From contig NC_092679.1 in NCBI RefSeq assembly GCF_964355755.1, forward strand, positions 23,295,432-23,359,431: a DNA stretch of 64,000 bases, read 5' to 3'. Of the stretch, positions 12,406-24,430 are shown piece by piece; position 1 is the first letter of the stretch, and each line of letters opens with the position of its first letter. Both the position numbers and the translations under genes were made by a program. Source of the DNA: Antedon mediterranea. Lineage: Eukaryota > Animalia > Echinodermata. Under the pieces are notes generated by a model, which was not told the DNA's origin, made no database searches, and worked only from the letters and a program-made list of their open reading frames with translations.

Positions 12406-13354
12406 CTAAATAAGAAGATTGGTAAGCAAAATTGATATTTATAATATTTTTTTTAAATTAAATTGATTGTGTATTTGGTGTGGTGACTATTAGTGTAAAT
12501 TGTACAGTAATATTAAAAAAAAAAAAAAATGAAGATAATAAAATTTGATTTTGAATAGACAAAACAAACAGTAAAATTCAACCAAAAATTCATTGGTTTT
12601 TTAAACTATTTTTTCCCTTTAAATTACAGTTTCTTCAGGTAAATAATGTTGTTTTAAATCAATTTTTGGTAAATAAATAAGTAAATAACTATTATGGAAC
12701 ATGAAAATGGCATATTCAACAAAAAACTCCTTATAGGAAATATTTTTAAAGACCTATAATTAACATACTGTATGCATGAAATACTCCAAGTAACAAATAA
12801 CGAAGCTTCAAAATCTTAGCAAAAAAGTTGTTATCTAATTAAAATTTACAAAAAAAAACCACCTGCAAAAGAAATGCACGATTCACTAAACCATCGAAAT
12901 AAAGCGACTGTGAATGTCAATATTTAATTACCTGTTCGCGGAAGCATGACCAGCTGCGCTTTAGTTGTTAAACAAAAGGATACAAGCCGCTAAACCTGCA
13001 TATATGTGAATTAATAAATACCTTGCTATGCACGTTTTTAGAAGTGATAAAATTGCCATTATTATTGCTAACTGCTTTTAGATTCTAAAATGATTAAAAC
13101 ACACAAGCAAAGATTCAAGAAACCTGATATACACTTCTTGTTTAAAGGATCATGAAATGATGGAACAGATTCGCATATTCAGATTTAATCGGAGCCTTGT
13201 ATTCTATTGAGCATGGTGTTTGCGCAAAAAGTAATAATGCAGTAGTGTAGTGTAGTCTACCATCAGCAGATCAAAAAAATGCTTCCAAAAATAATTCATT
13301 TTTAAATACACTTTTGAACATTTTACCTTTCAATTTTTTGCTATTTTACTGGGT

Positions 13355-13772
13355 ATTGCTAAACACCGCAAACCCCCGCAAAGCTCCAAAAAAACATAGC
13401 AAACCCCACCGAACCAACATAAAAGTGATTGAATCATGTAGTGTACAACCCACTGGGTATATCAATGTAAAAAAAAAATTAAATTTCTACTGTTAACAAC
13501 TTATTTTTGGGGTAAAACATCATTTTTTGGTCAAAAATGATTGCTAAACCCCGCAAACCTCCAAAAAACCATAGCAAACCCCACCGAAACAACATAAAAG
13601 TGATGGAATAATGTAGTGTACGACCCACTGGGTATATAAATTATTAAATTTCTACTGTTAACTACTTTTTTGGGGATAAAACATCATTTTTTGGTTAAAA
13701 ATTAGCAATCATTTTTTACCATAAAATGATGTTTTACCCCAAAAATAAGTAGTTAACAGTAGAAATTTAATT
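13355..13772. repeat. About 185-bp direct duplication followed by an inverted partial copy
   Basis: TTGCTAAAC..GCAAACCCCACCGAA..TTCTACTGTTAAC..AAAACATCATTTT occurs twice, then as a reverse complement at about 13702-13772. Confidence 0.8.
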
Positions 13773-13846
13773 TAACACCCATTTTACTTACAATTACATA
13801 GTCGACTTTAGAACGCCAATGCAATAGCCTTATCCTCGACACAGAC

Positions 13847-14000
13847 AGTGGTGGCGCCAGGATCTTCCCGACGCAGGGGGCTACATTCCCCGATGAGGGG
13901 GCTATGCAACCGAAGCGAACATCACTAGGCTGGGGGTGCCAAGAAGGGCCCCCGGCGGGGGTCCAGGGGGGGCGAAGCCCCGGAAGCAACACGTTCTAGC
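13847..14000 (+). mobile_element. GC-rich terminus of a hAT-like non-autonomous element
   Basis: CAGTGGTGGCGCCAGG start and GGGGTCCAGGGGGGCGAAGCCCC tract. A similar end (..TACGCCACTG) lies at about 4140-4285. Confidence 0.45.
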
Positions 14001-14160
14001 GTCATTTGAGGCCTTTTAAATCAGATTTAGGGTAGCCACTATTTTATAATGCATAAATAAAATACTGCATGCAAAAAACGATGCGCGATGATTCTATCCA
14101 TATTTTTCAATTTAAAAAATAAAAGTTCAAAATATGCCTGTATTTATCGGGTAAATTGTA

Positions 14161-15053
14161 GGGCATATGACCGTTTCGGCCACAGACAGTTTCGGCCACA
14201 ACATATTTCTATGGCGCGCCATTCACGCATATATTAGACCGTGCTATTGTTTTTGCTATTAATAATTATTAGTTATCGCATCTCATGCTTTGTTGTTGTA
14301 CAGGCCTAGTATTTTTATGACTAGGCCTAGCTAGGCCCTATTATTACTACACATTACAGTGTTATCATTCTTAACGTTATTCCACTACAATTTGCATTTG
14401 CATTTATTAGATTTGTTGTTTCCAGTTTAGTTGTATCATGGAGTAAATTGTATTTTATTAGTTTGCTCTTAGTACAGACGTATTAATAGTTTGGCTATGA
14501 AAGAAGAAATGCTAAGAAAAAAAAAAGAAATTTAATTAAAACGTTTTTCCTTCCATTGCTTAATAGGTGACCTAAGGAACAAAGAGGAATATCAGGAAAA
14601 ATGTACATGACGTTAATAATTCTTTACTGAAAACATTTCATTATTACTTTAGTAAATCTTTGTTTCTTATATTATAAATCATTTCTATTGTACCCTGGCG
14701 CATACAATTAGTATCACTTAGGCCTAATTCAATTCATTTTGTTTATTTGTAAAAATTATACATTTTAATTTTCACCGTATTGTATTTTTTGTACTCTGAA
14801 ATATTTGTTTCTTATCTCATCATGCCACCTAGCTACAAAATACGTGTTCGTATTTTATTTCCATTATTAATTAATTGCCAAGTTTGTCCGTGTCCGTGTT
14901 TTCCTGTGTAAAAACAAAAAACAAAAGTAAAACACAATGAAATCGATAATCCTGTATTACAATGTCGTGTCTCATTGTTCCCCTATCAATGGCACTATGG
15001 GCGTTCCATAGATATGGTAGTATTATTGTCTGTGGCCGAAGTTGGCCTAATCC
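14161..15053. mobile_element. Non-autonomous DNA transposon A (MULE-like?)
   Basis: Ends GGGCATATGACCG.. and ..TTGGCCTAATCC. Subterminal inverted repeats TTCGGCCACAGAC / GTCTGTGGCCGAA. Flanked by direct repeat AATTGTA. Confidence 0.75.
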
Positions 15054-15179
15054 AATTGTACTTGTAGCATAAAAAAATTAATATACGCAAACGTAAAGTA
15101 CCCATAGGCTCCCCGATGAGGATAATATAATAACAATAAATATAAAACGTTTAGGTGACCATTTGAACTAGGCTAGGCC

Positions 15180-15790
15180 GGATTAGGCCAAGTTGAGCCG
15201 CCGACAAGTTGAGCCGCCGCCAGAAAAACGTTATTTTCTATGGAACGCCAAATGCTAACTTTCGCCGGTGCTCTTTCAATTTATGTTAGGGATAACCATG
15301 GAGAAATAAGTTAGTTATTTCTCCATGGGATAACGATGTACATTCAAACGTTTATATATCATGGTTTTTAGTATATATATTATTAAATATTATAATTAAA
15401 GATTCAATTCAATAAAATATGATATTAAAAGATTAGTAAATAAAAAATAATACTTATTTAACCTCATTCGAAAAATGTTAATACTCTATTAGTTAGTACG
15501 TGGTAGGCCTACACGCGAGAAAAATTATGAGTGCACTGAATTTTTTCCTCGAAAGATTAAAAACAATTAAATTATTAAATATTACTACTTTCCTTTGCTG
15601 TGTTAATTGTGATAGGCCTATGTAATTATATATTATTTATTTTCATGACACAATAAACCAAGACCATGAACTTATGTACTAGGACACCATCCTAATCACT
15701 ACGCGAAATGTCGTAAAAGACGCATGCACTGGGCGTTTCATAGAAATCACCGGCGGCTCAACTTGTCGGCGGCCCAACCGGTCATATCCC
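15180..15790. mobile_element. Non-autonomous DNA transposon B (MULE-like?), same end type as A, opposite orientation
   Basis: Ends GGATTAGGCCAA.. and ..CGGTCATATCCC. Subterminal AAGTTGAGCCGCC repeats. Perfect 8-bp TSD GCTAGGCC. Confidence 0.82.
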
Positions 15791-15834
15791 GCTAGGCCTA
15801 GGCCCACTATACCACTGCCTGTTGATATACGCAC

Positions 15835-16078
15835 CGATAAAGTCATCTGTACGCGGGGTTGTAGTCCAAACTTCTTCGTTCAGTTTGCCGTCAACTGTGA
15901 TTGTTTGGCTAGTTTGTAGTTTGTAAACAACATACGATTTAGGTGTTGGTAAATTTTTACAAACTGTATCATTCTTTGAAAAGTATACTTTACAATAACA
16001 CACGGCTAAGTTCTCTAAAAATAACAACGTTACAAACCAAAATAAACCAATTGTTTGAAAATATTTTGGTATCATCAT
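15835..16078 (-). CDS. CBM9/DOMON-like secreted protein, exon 1 (signal peptide + ITVDGKLNEEVW)
   Basis: ORF 15782..16078 has a hydrophobic N-terminus and a DG-L-E-x-W motif typical of the CBM9-like start. Donor G|GTGCGT, phase 1. Confidence 0.9.
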
Positions 16079-16089
16079 GTTTTGTTGTT

Positions 16090-16210
16090 GTATGAACTAC
16101 AGTACTTCTCACACGACGAACCTACCACCAAAGATTGTATTGCTACCACGTGCTGCATGTCAACACACGACGTCACAACAGCCGGCCTTACGTCACTAGC
16201 CACACGAAGA
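16090..16210 (-). promoter_or_regulatory. Probable proximal promoter of the CBM9-like gene (E-box and CRE-like sites)
   Basis: CACGTG, GACGTCA and TTACGTCA cluster within about 120 bp upstream of the ATG. Confidence 0.35.
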
Positions 16211-17856
16211 ATTTGAATACTGTACCTTGCTCCGAAATTGTGAAAGAGAATATTAATTATGAAATGATGAAGGGATAGTGTTGCTCGAAAACTCTGCTAT
16301 CTTTTCTGGCTGTTTTACTTTATCGTTTTTATTTAGCTTTTCGCTTCTTTTTTTTGTATCTCCATTGAGATCCAGCCACTGATACCCACAATATTGTAGT
16401 TTTTTAAGTAATTTGCCTCTTGATTTAATTATGAATTATTTATATACATACATTATCTTGGTTTTCCTGCATGTTTTTTTCCTCCCTCCCTCAAAAAAGA
16501 AAAGATTCTAGCATACCCAAAAGTAATTGTCCTAAAAAAATAATTTTACTACATAGCGGATATTAAATATGTGTGGATTAGATAATGTTCACAGTGCGAT
16601 GGCGTTTTACAAAGGTTTATAATGTTTATAATCCTGATCAAAGTACAGTACTGTACTACTGTCAGCTAATGATGAAGTTAAATGGTTTCCTGTATCCTGT
16701 TGGCATGCATCCTGGTGTGCATGGAGGCGTGGAGCCATAAACGACCAAAAAGTAGTCTTTTTATAAGTAGACAATTTGTGTAATATAATTCATCTCACTT
16801 AAATATGTCCCAAAAAAATAAAGATGAATACAATCAAATATTGAATACAGATCATTTTGTCGTTTTAAAGTTATTTTTATTATTTTATTTGCCAAAAGCA
16901 AATATGCTTATAAAAAGACAAATAAACTGTTTGTTTTTAGCAATATTTGAATTTAATTTATAAGGGGTCATTTTAGAGTGTTTTATGTGTAGGTATTTGA
17001 AGAATTAAATAGTATAAATGAAATAAAAGGTACTTTTGATGGAACTTTTTAGTATGTAAATGGGGCGTTTATTCAAGTAAATACGGTATGAATTGTGGGT
17101 GTACTGCATAGAAGTGAGTAGAATAGTTGACCTTTAAACTGAACATATAATGCAGATGGCAATAGCAGCCTCAGACGCCAATTTGTTAAGTACACCACTG
17201 CTTTTGTGAAACTACCCAAAAAAAAAATATTCCTTTTTCCGAATACTTTTCATACTGAATCTTTTATTGTAATTAGTATAATACAACCTTTGAATCAATA
17301 TTATACATACATTAATAGTACATAATTTAATGGAATTACCAACATTATAAATAAAATGTAACAAGTTGAGAAATATGGTGTTAACTCATCTAAAGCACCA
17401 GGTATTTTAAGGACCTTGTTACAGACATCACAATATTGTACACAAATCTATGGTATCAGATTGAGGCTATGTGTACAACTACAGTACAGTACAGCCTATT
17501 AAGATAATACCTCTATTAAGGGGACACATTAGGTGAAAATGTTGAAGTACATACAGTATTATCCTAAGAAGTGTCCACTTAATAGAGGTCCCTGTTTAAA
17601 GTGTTCTGAAAAGAGTGTTCTACTGTATGCTAAAATGTTTAACTATAAAATACTAATAAGATTCATAGTAAAAATGTAATGGTTGATTTGCAAATAAAGT
17701 TAAAATGAACTAATTTAAATATGAAATAAATATACAATAACAATCCCAGATCATCATTTGAATTTCAATATCATTGCCAAAGTGTTTTAAAACAACTTTT
17801 AGCAATTTACTAAAACCAATGAATGTGTTTTTGAAATGTGTAATCTGTGCAGATTA

Positions 17857-17997
17857 CAGTAGAACCTATATAGAGGGGACACCTTCCGGGCCAAGAGCAA
17901 GTGGTTGGTCAAGTGTCAATGTATTTGCCTCTTGTTTGTATCACGGTAAAGTATCCCCTTCATAGGGATGTTCCCTGAATAGAAGTAGTTCTACAGT
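17857..17997. mobile_element. Tc1/mariner-like MITE (CAGTAGAACCT..GGGGACAC family)
   Basis: TA|CAGTAGAACCTATATAGAGGGGACAC start with a degenerate inverted end. Relatives at about 410-495, 17500-17627, 41823-41912 and 42403-42765. Confidence 0.6.
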
Positions 17998-19628
17998 AAT
18001 CATTTAATTTAAAGATAACCTGTCCCCTACAAATTAACAAAATAATCCCCATTAATTTTGTAATTGACTTTATGATTTTCTGAATATAACAGTTACTGTA
18101 TTTCATTTACTTTTGATATTGTCCTTAAAAATATTAGCAAAACAATTCTATTTCAAATTACACCTGTTTGAACATAGAAAGCAATACATTTAAACAATAT
18201 GTACTATTATAATTATTTTATCCAATGATAAAAAATTGAAAAAAATTAAAATAAATACACATTTTCTATTCACAAATTAGTGATGTTATCTTATCGTTGG
18301 TAATAATTTCAAAGGACATTTACATCTGTAGTCACGATTCAATAAACACTGTAGTCTATCAATATTAATTAATTAATCTTGTAACCATTTTCAATTGCCA
18401 GATCACAGCAACAGAAACAGTTTAATTAATTAATCAATCAATTATTCACCAAAGAATTTAACTAAAACTGAAAATGATATTAACCATAATTCATGTATAT
18501 AAAAAATACTCATCATAAATTCAACCCTATTAGTGGATGGTCTAAAAAATGAGCGGATCAAATGTGATCAATAAATATTACAACAAAAAATAAGGATTCA
18601 GTGATGTGATTGTATAGTGGTGAAACGCAGTGGGGAAAAGGCCCCTAGTTTAGCACTCCTAAGGGCCCTCCAACGCTGAGGTCCCTTAAGCTCTGGTCCC
18701 ATGTGTTTATCCAATGAGTGTTCATAGCTCTCGACTACTGATACCAGCCAACATACAATATGTGTTTGAGCATGACTAATGCATTTTATATAAATTCTGG
18801 AATTTAATTTCACCAATTCCTATTTTCAATCAGTCGACATAGGATTTCAGACATGGATTGAGGAAGCATACACATCCAACATACGTAGTGTGGGAGAAGA
18901 GGGAGAAGAGGAAGGCACATGGACCAACAGTAACCATATGTTTAATGACTTCTTGATAAATTAAACATATTTTTATTTTGCTTAGTCCCCACTAGGGATG
19001 CAACACGAGGATGTAAGTGATTTGACCAATCACAAGCGATGGAATATTCAAACTGTCCCTTGTGATTGGTCAACTCGGTTGCATCTACGTCTTGTATTGC
19101 ATCTATGATTCATTCTACTGTATTTTCTCCATCGCCCATTTTAAAAATATGTTTGTGATTTGATACGTGAGAATTAGTCACTGTAGTTGACTACTATATT
19201 GCTACATAACAACAAATTATGTTGCGCCCCGGATCAGGCAAAACAAAGAATTGTACAAAAATGAACACAATCAATCATTTTTACACATTAATTTAAATAG
19301 TTATGTACTGTATATCTATAATATTAAAAAAGGAATGTAAAAGTAAAAACATACTTAAATATTATTTACAAGAGTTAGAATCATACAGTTTCGGCTTCAA
19401 ATCAAGGTTAGAAATGTTTATGAAAAATTAAAATTAAATTTATACAATGGTAACTAAAATATTAATAAATATAAATAACTCCGATATTGTAGCCATATGA
19501 ATTATTATTACGCTAATATTATGGATACAAAACAAATTATTTTATAATTTTTATACTTTTAAATAATTAATAACAATTAATTAAGACTAATAATTGTTAT
19601 TATTTATGGTTTTAAAGTATAAAACTAA

Positions 19629-19807
19629 AGCGTGGTTCCCACTAGCGACGCAACACAAGGACGTAACGCAACGCAAGTGAATTGATCAATCACAAGCGAT
19701 GGCTTATTCGCTTGTGATTGCTAACTGTCTATAACTTCGCTTGTCATTGGTTAAAACGCTTGCGTTGCGTTTAAGTCCTTGCGTTACGTTCTAGTGGGAT
19801 CCAAGCT
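19629..19807. mobile_element. Harbinger-like MITE (AGCKTGGTTCCCACTAG family)
   Basis: TIRs present. Near-identical inverted copy at 58857-59022. Degraded relatives at about 11953-12083 and 18985-19105. Confidence 0.85.
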
Positions 19808-20423
19808 TTAAGTAGCAATCGATTAAAACAATACCAATTGTGCACCATGCAATTATAAAAGAGTAATGATAAAGCAAGAATGATAAAATAAATTGTTATC
19901 ATTAATAGTTTTTGTGGCGTTATCTTAATGATAATGGTTGTTTTCCAATCGGATGGCGTTTTGTGTATCGGTTTGTTTATTCTCACTAAATCTATTTTAA
20001 AACCTTTTTAATAAAAGTTTAAATTATAAACCTCTTGATAAATTGAAAATAAAATAGTAATTAAAACAGGAATTATATGAGCTATTTAAATGCAACAGTT
20101 ACAATAGCAGACAGGCATATTGAAAAAATTACATATTTTATAAACACAATCATATGTTTTGTATCACAGACTATTTTAAATAGCATAAATATAAATTGTG
20201 TTTAAATAATTGAAATCATGTTTTTCTAAGAAAAATACCCTTTAATTTAAAAAATAACTTTGTGGGGAAAACATAAAACTGAAAGTACTATAGGGTTGTG
20301 TAAAATTCAACCTGTTTAATGTTGGTTACATTTAGGAATTACTGTTTGCACAATAACCTTTAACCTCGAAATATAATTTACATCGTTTAAAACATATAAA
20401 TACTACATTCGCATTTCACTCGT

Positions 20424-20660
20424 TTAGGATTCTATCGTAGAGGACGTTTCATTCGTACATGTTTCAGCGACGTTGGTCAAGATGTCAATCAGATTATCGA
20501 CGCCGAATAAATAACCATCTTCATGGTTTCCTTCGACCCACGGTGTTCGATGGTCATTCTTCATGGAATCCGGTAGCGGGATGGTTTTGCCAAAGTCAAT
20601 CATCCATATCCCTGTCCTTCCACTTTTGTCATGGATAAAGAGTAGTGAACTTCCAATAAC
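20424..20660 (-). CDS. ITPK: ITPK last coding exon: [11 protein letters not shown]...WMIDFGKT...[17 protein letters not shown]...stop
   Basis: 237 nt. SSLL, IDFG and EDGYL IPK motifs. TAA stop at 20424-20426. Confidence 0.97.
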   Translation of the reverse strand, partial: VIGSSLLFIHDKSGRTGIWMIDFGKTIPLPDSMKNDHRTPWVEGNHEDGYLFGVDNLIDILTNVAETCTNETSSTIES

Positions 20661-20775
20661 CTATTGAAAATAACAACAATATTCAACTGTTTTATATGCC
20701 ACTAATTTAGGATGTTTATAACAGTATTATAAAATATAAACTTGTTGCAACAACATTTATAAGAAACATTTCAAA

Positions 20776-20970
20776 TGGCCGAGCGGTTAAGGCAGGGACG
20801 CCGTTTAACGTACTACACACTGTCGTGGACAGATCTTCATGAAATATCGCTATATAAATGTCGCATTACATTATATTACAAACTATATTGGCATGGGTTC
20901 AAGTCCGACTCATTCCTAGTTCTGGTGGTGGAACAAGTCTTCTCGGATAAGAACTATAAACTGTAGGCCT
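20776..20970 (+). mobile_element. tRNA-derived SINE fragment(s)
   Basis: TGGCCGAGCGGTTAAG A-box, GGGTTCAAGTCC B-box and TCTTCTCGGATAAGAACTATAAAC shared with the 47.6-kb copy. Confidence 0.6.
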
Positions 20971-21485
20971 AAAGTTTGTCAGTGTGTATTTTAGTCAAAT
21001 AATTAGAATACTGCAGGAGAACAAAATGCCACAATGAACTTAGTTTACCAGATTGACATAAAGTACATACATAAATCAATTATAGTATTCAACTGTAATA
21101 TCAATAAGTCAGTATAATATTAATGATGGCTATTAAAACCAAATGGTACAAGTGCTTTTCAATTAAGAGTAAGAGAGAGATGTAAATAAAGTACAAATTG
21201 TCAATCCCGCTTAGCATAAGTACATTTAAATAAACCATTATTCAAGCTATGAATACTAATCAATGCTATATTGACTATTAAAAATTAGATGCTGCTATAA
21301 CGGCAACTTATAATTAAGTGTATTACACTGTAAATGATTGAGTAGGCTTGGCTAAACTTGATTTTAGTTTAAGCACAGCTATTGAAATAAGTGTTGTCGC
21401 AGGTGTAAACAAAGATACTGTAAAACGTGAGACACGCTATCAAACATCAGGAGAAATAATGGAAAAATCCAGCAGTAAGTGATAG

Positions 21486-22099
21486 TATACAAATAATGAA
21501 TGTTTATGAGTGCAATGGTACAAATAATGGCACGAGGTGAATGATGAAAGGTTATATCAACGAGGCAAAGCTGAGTTGATATAACCTTTCATCATTCACC
21601 AAGTGCCATTATTTGTACCATTACACGAATACAAAACATTCATTATTTGTTTTATATAACATCTAAATAACAAACAAAAATGTTTCAAAAAGTACTATTT
21701 AACGATCGTTGAATAGTGCGTACTATTGCACGCCATGTGACCCACATTCGTCCAATCAAATGACAGGAATTTATATAGGTGTTATATAAATCTAATTATA
21801 TAACACCTATATAAATTCCTGTCATTTGATTGGACGAATGTGGGTCACATGGCGTGCAATAGTACGCACTATTCAACGATCGTTAAATAGTACTTTTTGA
21901 AACATTTTTGTTTGTTATTTAGATGTTATATAAAACAAATAATGAATGTTTTGTATTCGTGTAATGGTACAAATAATGGCACTTGGTGAATGATGAAAGG
22001 TTATATCAACTCGGCTTTGCCTCGTTGATATAACCTTTCATCATTCACCTCATGCCATTATTTGTACCATTGCACTCATAAACATTCATTATTTGTATA
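21486..22099. repeat. 614-bp near-perfect palindrome: two head-to-head copies of a hairpin-ended non-autonomous element
   Basis: Arms 21486-21789 and 21796-22099, 6-nt spacer, no indels, 2 substitutions seen. Each arm has its own approximately 160-bp hairpin. Confidence 0.93.
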
Positions 22100-22614
22100 A
22101 TAATGCACGACATGTGACTCCTAATTAACCAATCAAATGAGACAAGCTATTGCTTCTAGTGCAGGCCCCAGTTATTATTGTCAAATAACTGAATAAATGT
22201 GTATGAATGAATGAATTGGTTATTCCATTGTGTATCCTACTAAAAAAAAAAATTTTGTGGAGAGAGTCAAGTTGCAAATTTTTATGTTTAGATGATTTTT
22301 TTGACATTATATTGCATTTGAAAAACATTGCAGCTCTTTTACTTCCTTTAATTGTATGGCCATATCGAGATGAAAATAACTATGATAATGTGACATTGTA
22401 GCCACTGTCAATGACAACATTATTTAGCTATATGTAGTATTGTAGTACATAAAAAAAATTATTCGTATCTTCTAGGCTAAAGGGACCATAACAAAAATTA
22501 TGTTGAGCGCATGAGGCAAAAAAAAAAGGAGATAAACAGTGTATGCAATAAGTGTACTTTTGAATTAAAAAAACTCTATTACCGAAATCAATTAAGTTTA
22601 AGAGCAACACGTAC

Positions 22615-22788
22615 CTCATGCATGGCAAAGAACGTGGAGCTGCCTAACGTTGCACGTATTGCCTTAAGTGTTGACACATACTTCTCAGCTGTCGTTGGAT
22701 CCTTATCTACAAACGACGTGAAGTGCTCTTGGATCTCTTGCCTTTCTTTCGTTGTTTTGAAATTACGGCTTGACGTTCCATCGGCTTT
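22615..22788 (-). CDS. ITPK: ITPK exon: KADGTSSRNFKTTKER...LKAIRATLGSSTFFAMHE
   Basis: 174 nt, phase 0 to 0. TAG acceptor and GAG|GTACGT donor. Confidence 0.96.
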
Positions 22789-23235
22789 CTACATTTGTAT
22801 AAATAAAGTAATTATGTCAAAGAGTTCAACCACAAATGATTGTTTAAAACGTTAATTTCATTTTGCAGATGTCTCCAACAAATTTACAAAATTCAACTAG
22901 TTGATTCTGGTAGTGCATCAGGGTTTCTATACAATGTATCAATGGAAACAATTATTGTATCTTGTCGGCTCAGCTCAGTTTAGGGATCATGTCAAATTAT
23001 TCTATAACAGTCAGTTACTGTAGTAACTGCATTTTATTTAATCTTTTACCAGTTTATGGCATTATTTAGAAAGCTATTTACACACACGGTGTTATTGCAG
23101 TGATTGCCTTATAAGATAATGATAACTTTATTTCGTCCACAAAACAAGTGGAAACAAACTTAAATCATACATTATTGCAATAACTGCAGAATAATTTTGA
23201 CATATCAGCTCAGCTGACACTTTTTCTGTGCATAC

Positions 23236-23385
23236 CTTAACACCCTCAATTCTAAATCCTAGGCTAGCAGAAGAGCTGACATTCTCTCTCCACTGCATGT
23301 AGCGTGGCTTAATTATAGCCTGCTGGGCTCTTTCTTCATCAGTTGGTTCATCCGGGTCGATTTCAATCATCTTTTGATACATATC
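23236..23385 (-). CDS. ITPK: ITPK exon: [18 protein letters not shown]...[25 protein letters not shown] (IP3-binding region)
   Basis: 150 nt, phase 0 to 0, overlapping ORF 23128..23382. Conserved KPRYMQWRE and LGFRIEG. Confidence 0.97.
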
Positions 23386-24430
23386 CTACGCAAACAAATA
23401 TAAAACAATTCTATCTGTTAATTGTTTGTCTTATATTATCTATTTGTTAAACAATTTTTTTCCTACACTACACAGTATAAAAATGAATTTTAAAAATGAA
23501 TTGTACTGGGATGATTTTCAACAACTGCCAAAGGGATAGGGGGTTGGGAAGTGTGTTGGTAGACGGTGGTAACTGCCATGGAAGTATCTCTCCAAGTAAT
23601 TTATGTACCACATACTCGCAAATAACAATGGTTGGTTATTATGTGGTGTATATATAACAAATATTGACTGGAGGTTTAATCAGTATTGGGTCATGTCAAG
23701 TAGCAAGTGGGTGTATTGCCAAATATAGCAGGTCTGTCCTTAACCTGCAGTACAATGATCCTTATTTTGAAAATGATTTAAAAGTGGTAAAGTAGGAACC
23801 ATCCTTTTGGATACCCCTAACTATTCAGTGGACACCATATTATGGGAAAATGTTCATACATAATATATAACATATCAAAATATCGAACATACTGTAGGAA
23901 GTCTATTCAATTTTTTTTTCTATGAATGTTGGCTTGTAAGGAAATAGAAAGGCATTTACTACAATGAGTGGGCTGGGTGGGTGGAGTTCACATGGTGTCA
24001 GCAACGGTTCATCTATTGTTAATATTACTATACAATGGGTACTGTTGATAAAAAAAATGTGTAGAAAAATTAAAAGTCATCATCCTCCAAAATCTGCTGT
24101 GGTGGATGGAAATAGAATAAAAAGAACTAGTCACACTAGGAAATTTTTAGTTTGCAATTGTGTAGAAAAATTGAAAAGTCATCCTCCAATAAAGCATTAA
24201 AAGTTTAGAAAATAATTAGTTTGCAAAACATAACAAGTAATATGGTAGACAGAGCTAGAACACATGTTTTTTTTAACATGCTAGTCCAATTCCCTCACCA
24301 TTATATCTTTTGTATCAATATCATAAAATATAAATCAAGATCTAATCATCGGTACACATATGGATAACTTCTACAATGTGTGACTCCTGCAAGGGGCTGA
24401 ATCTGTACGATCTTTTAAACCATTATTAAT

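Noticed and set aside
22511-22855. Plus-strand 114-aa ORF (and similarly 8786..9121, 55449..55643, 56481..56708)
   Set aside because: Antisense shadows of real minus-strand exons.
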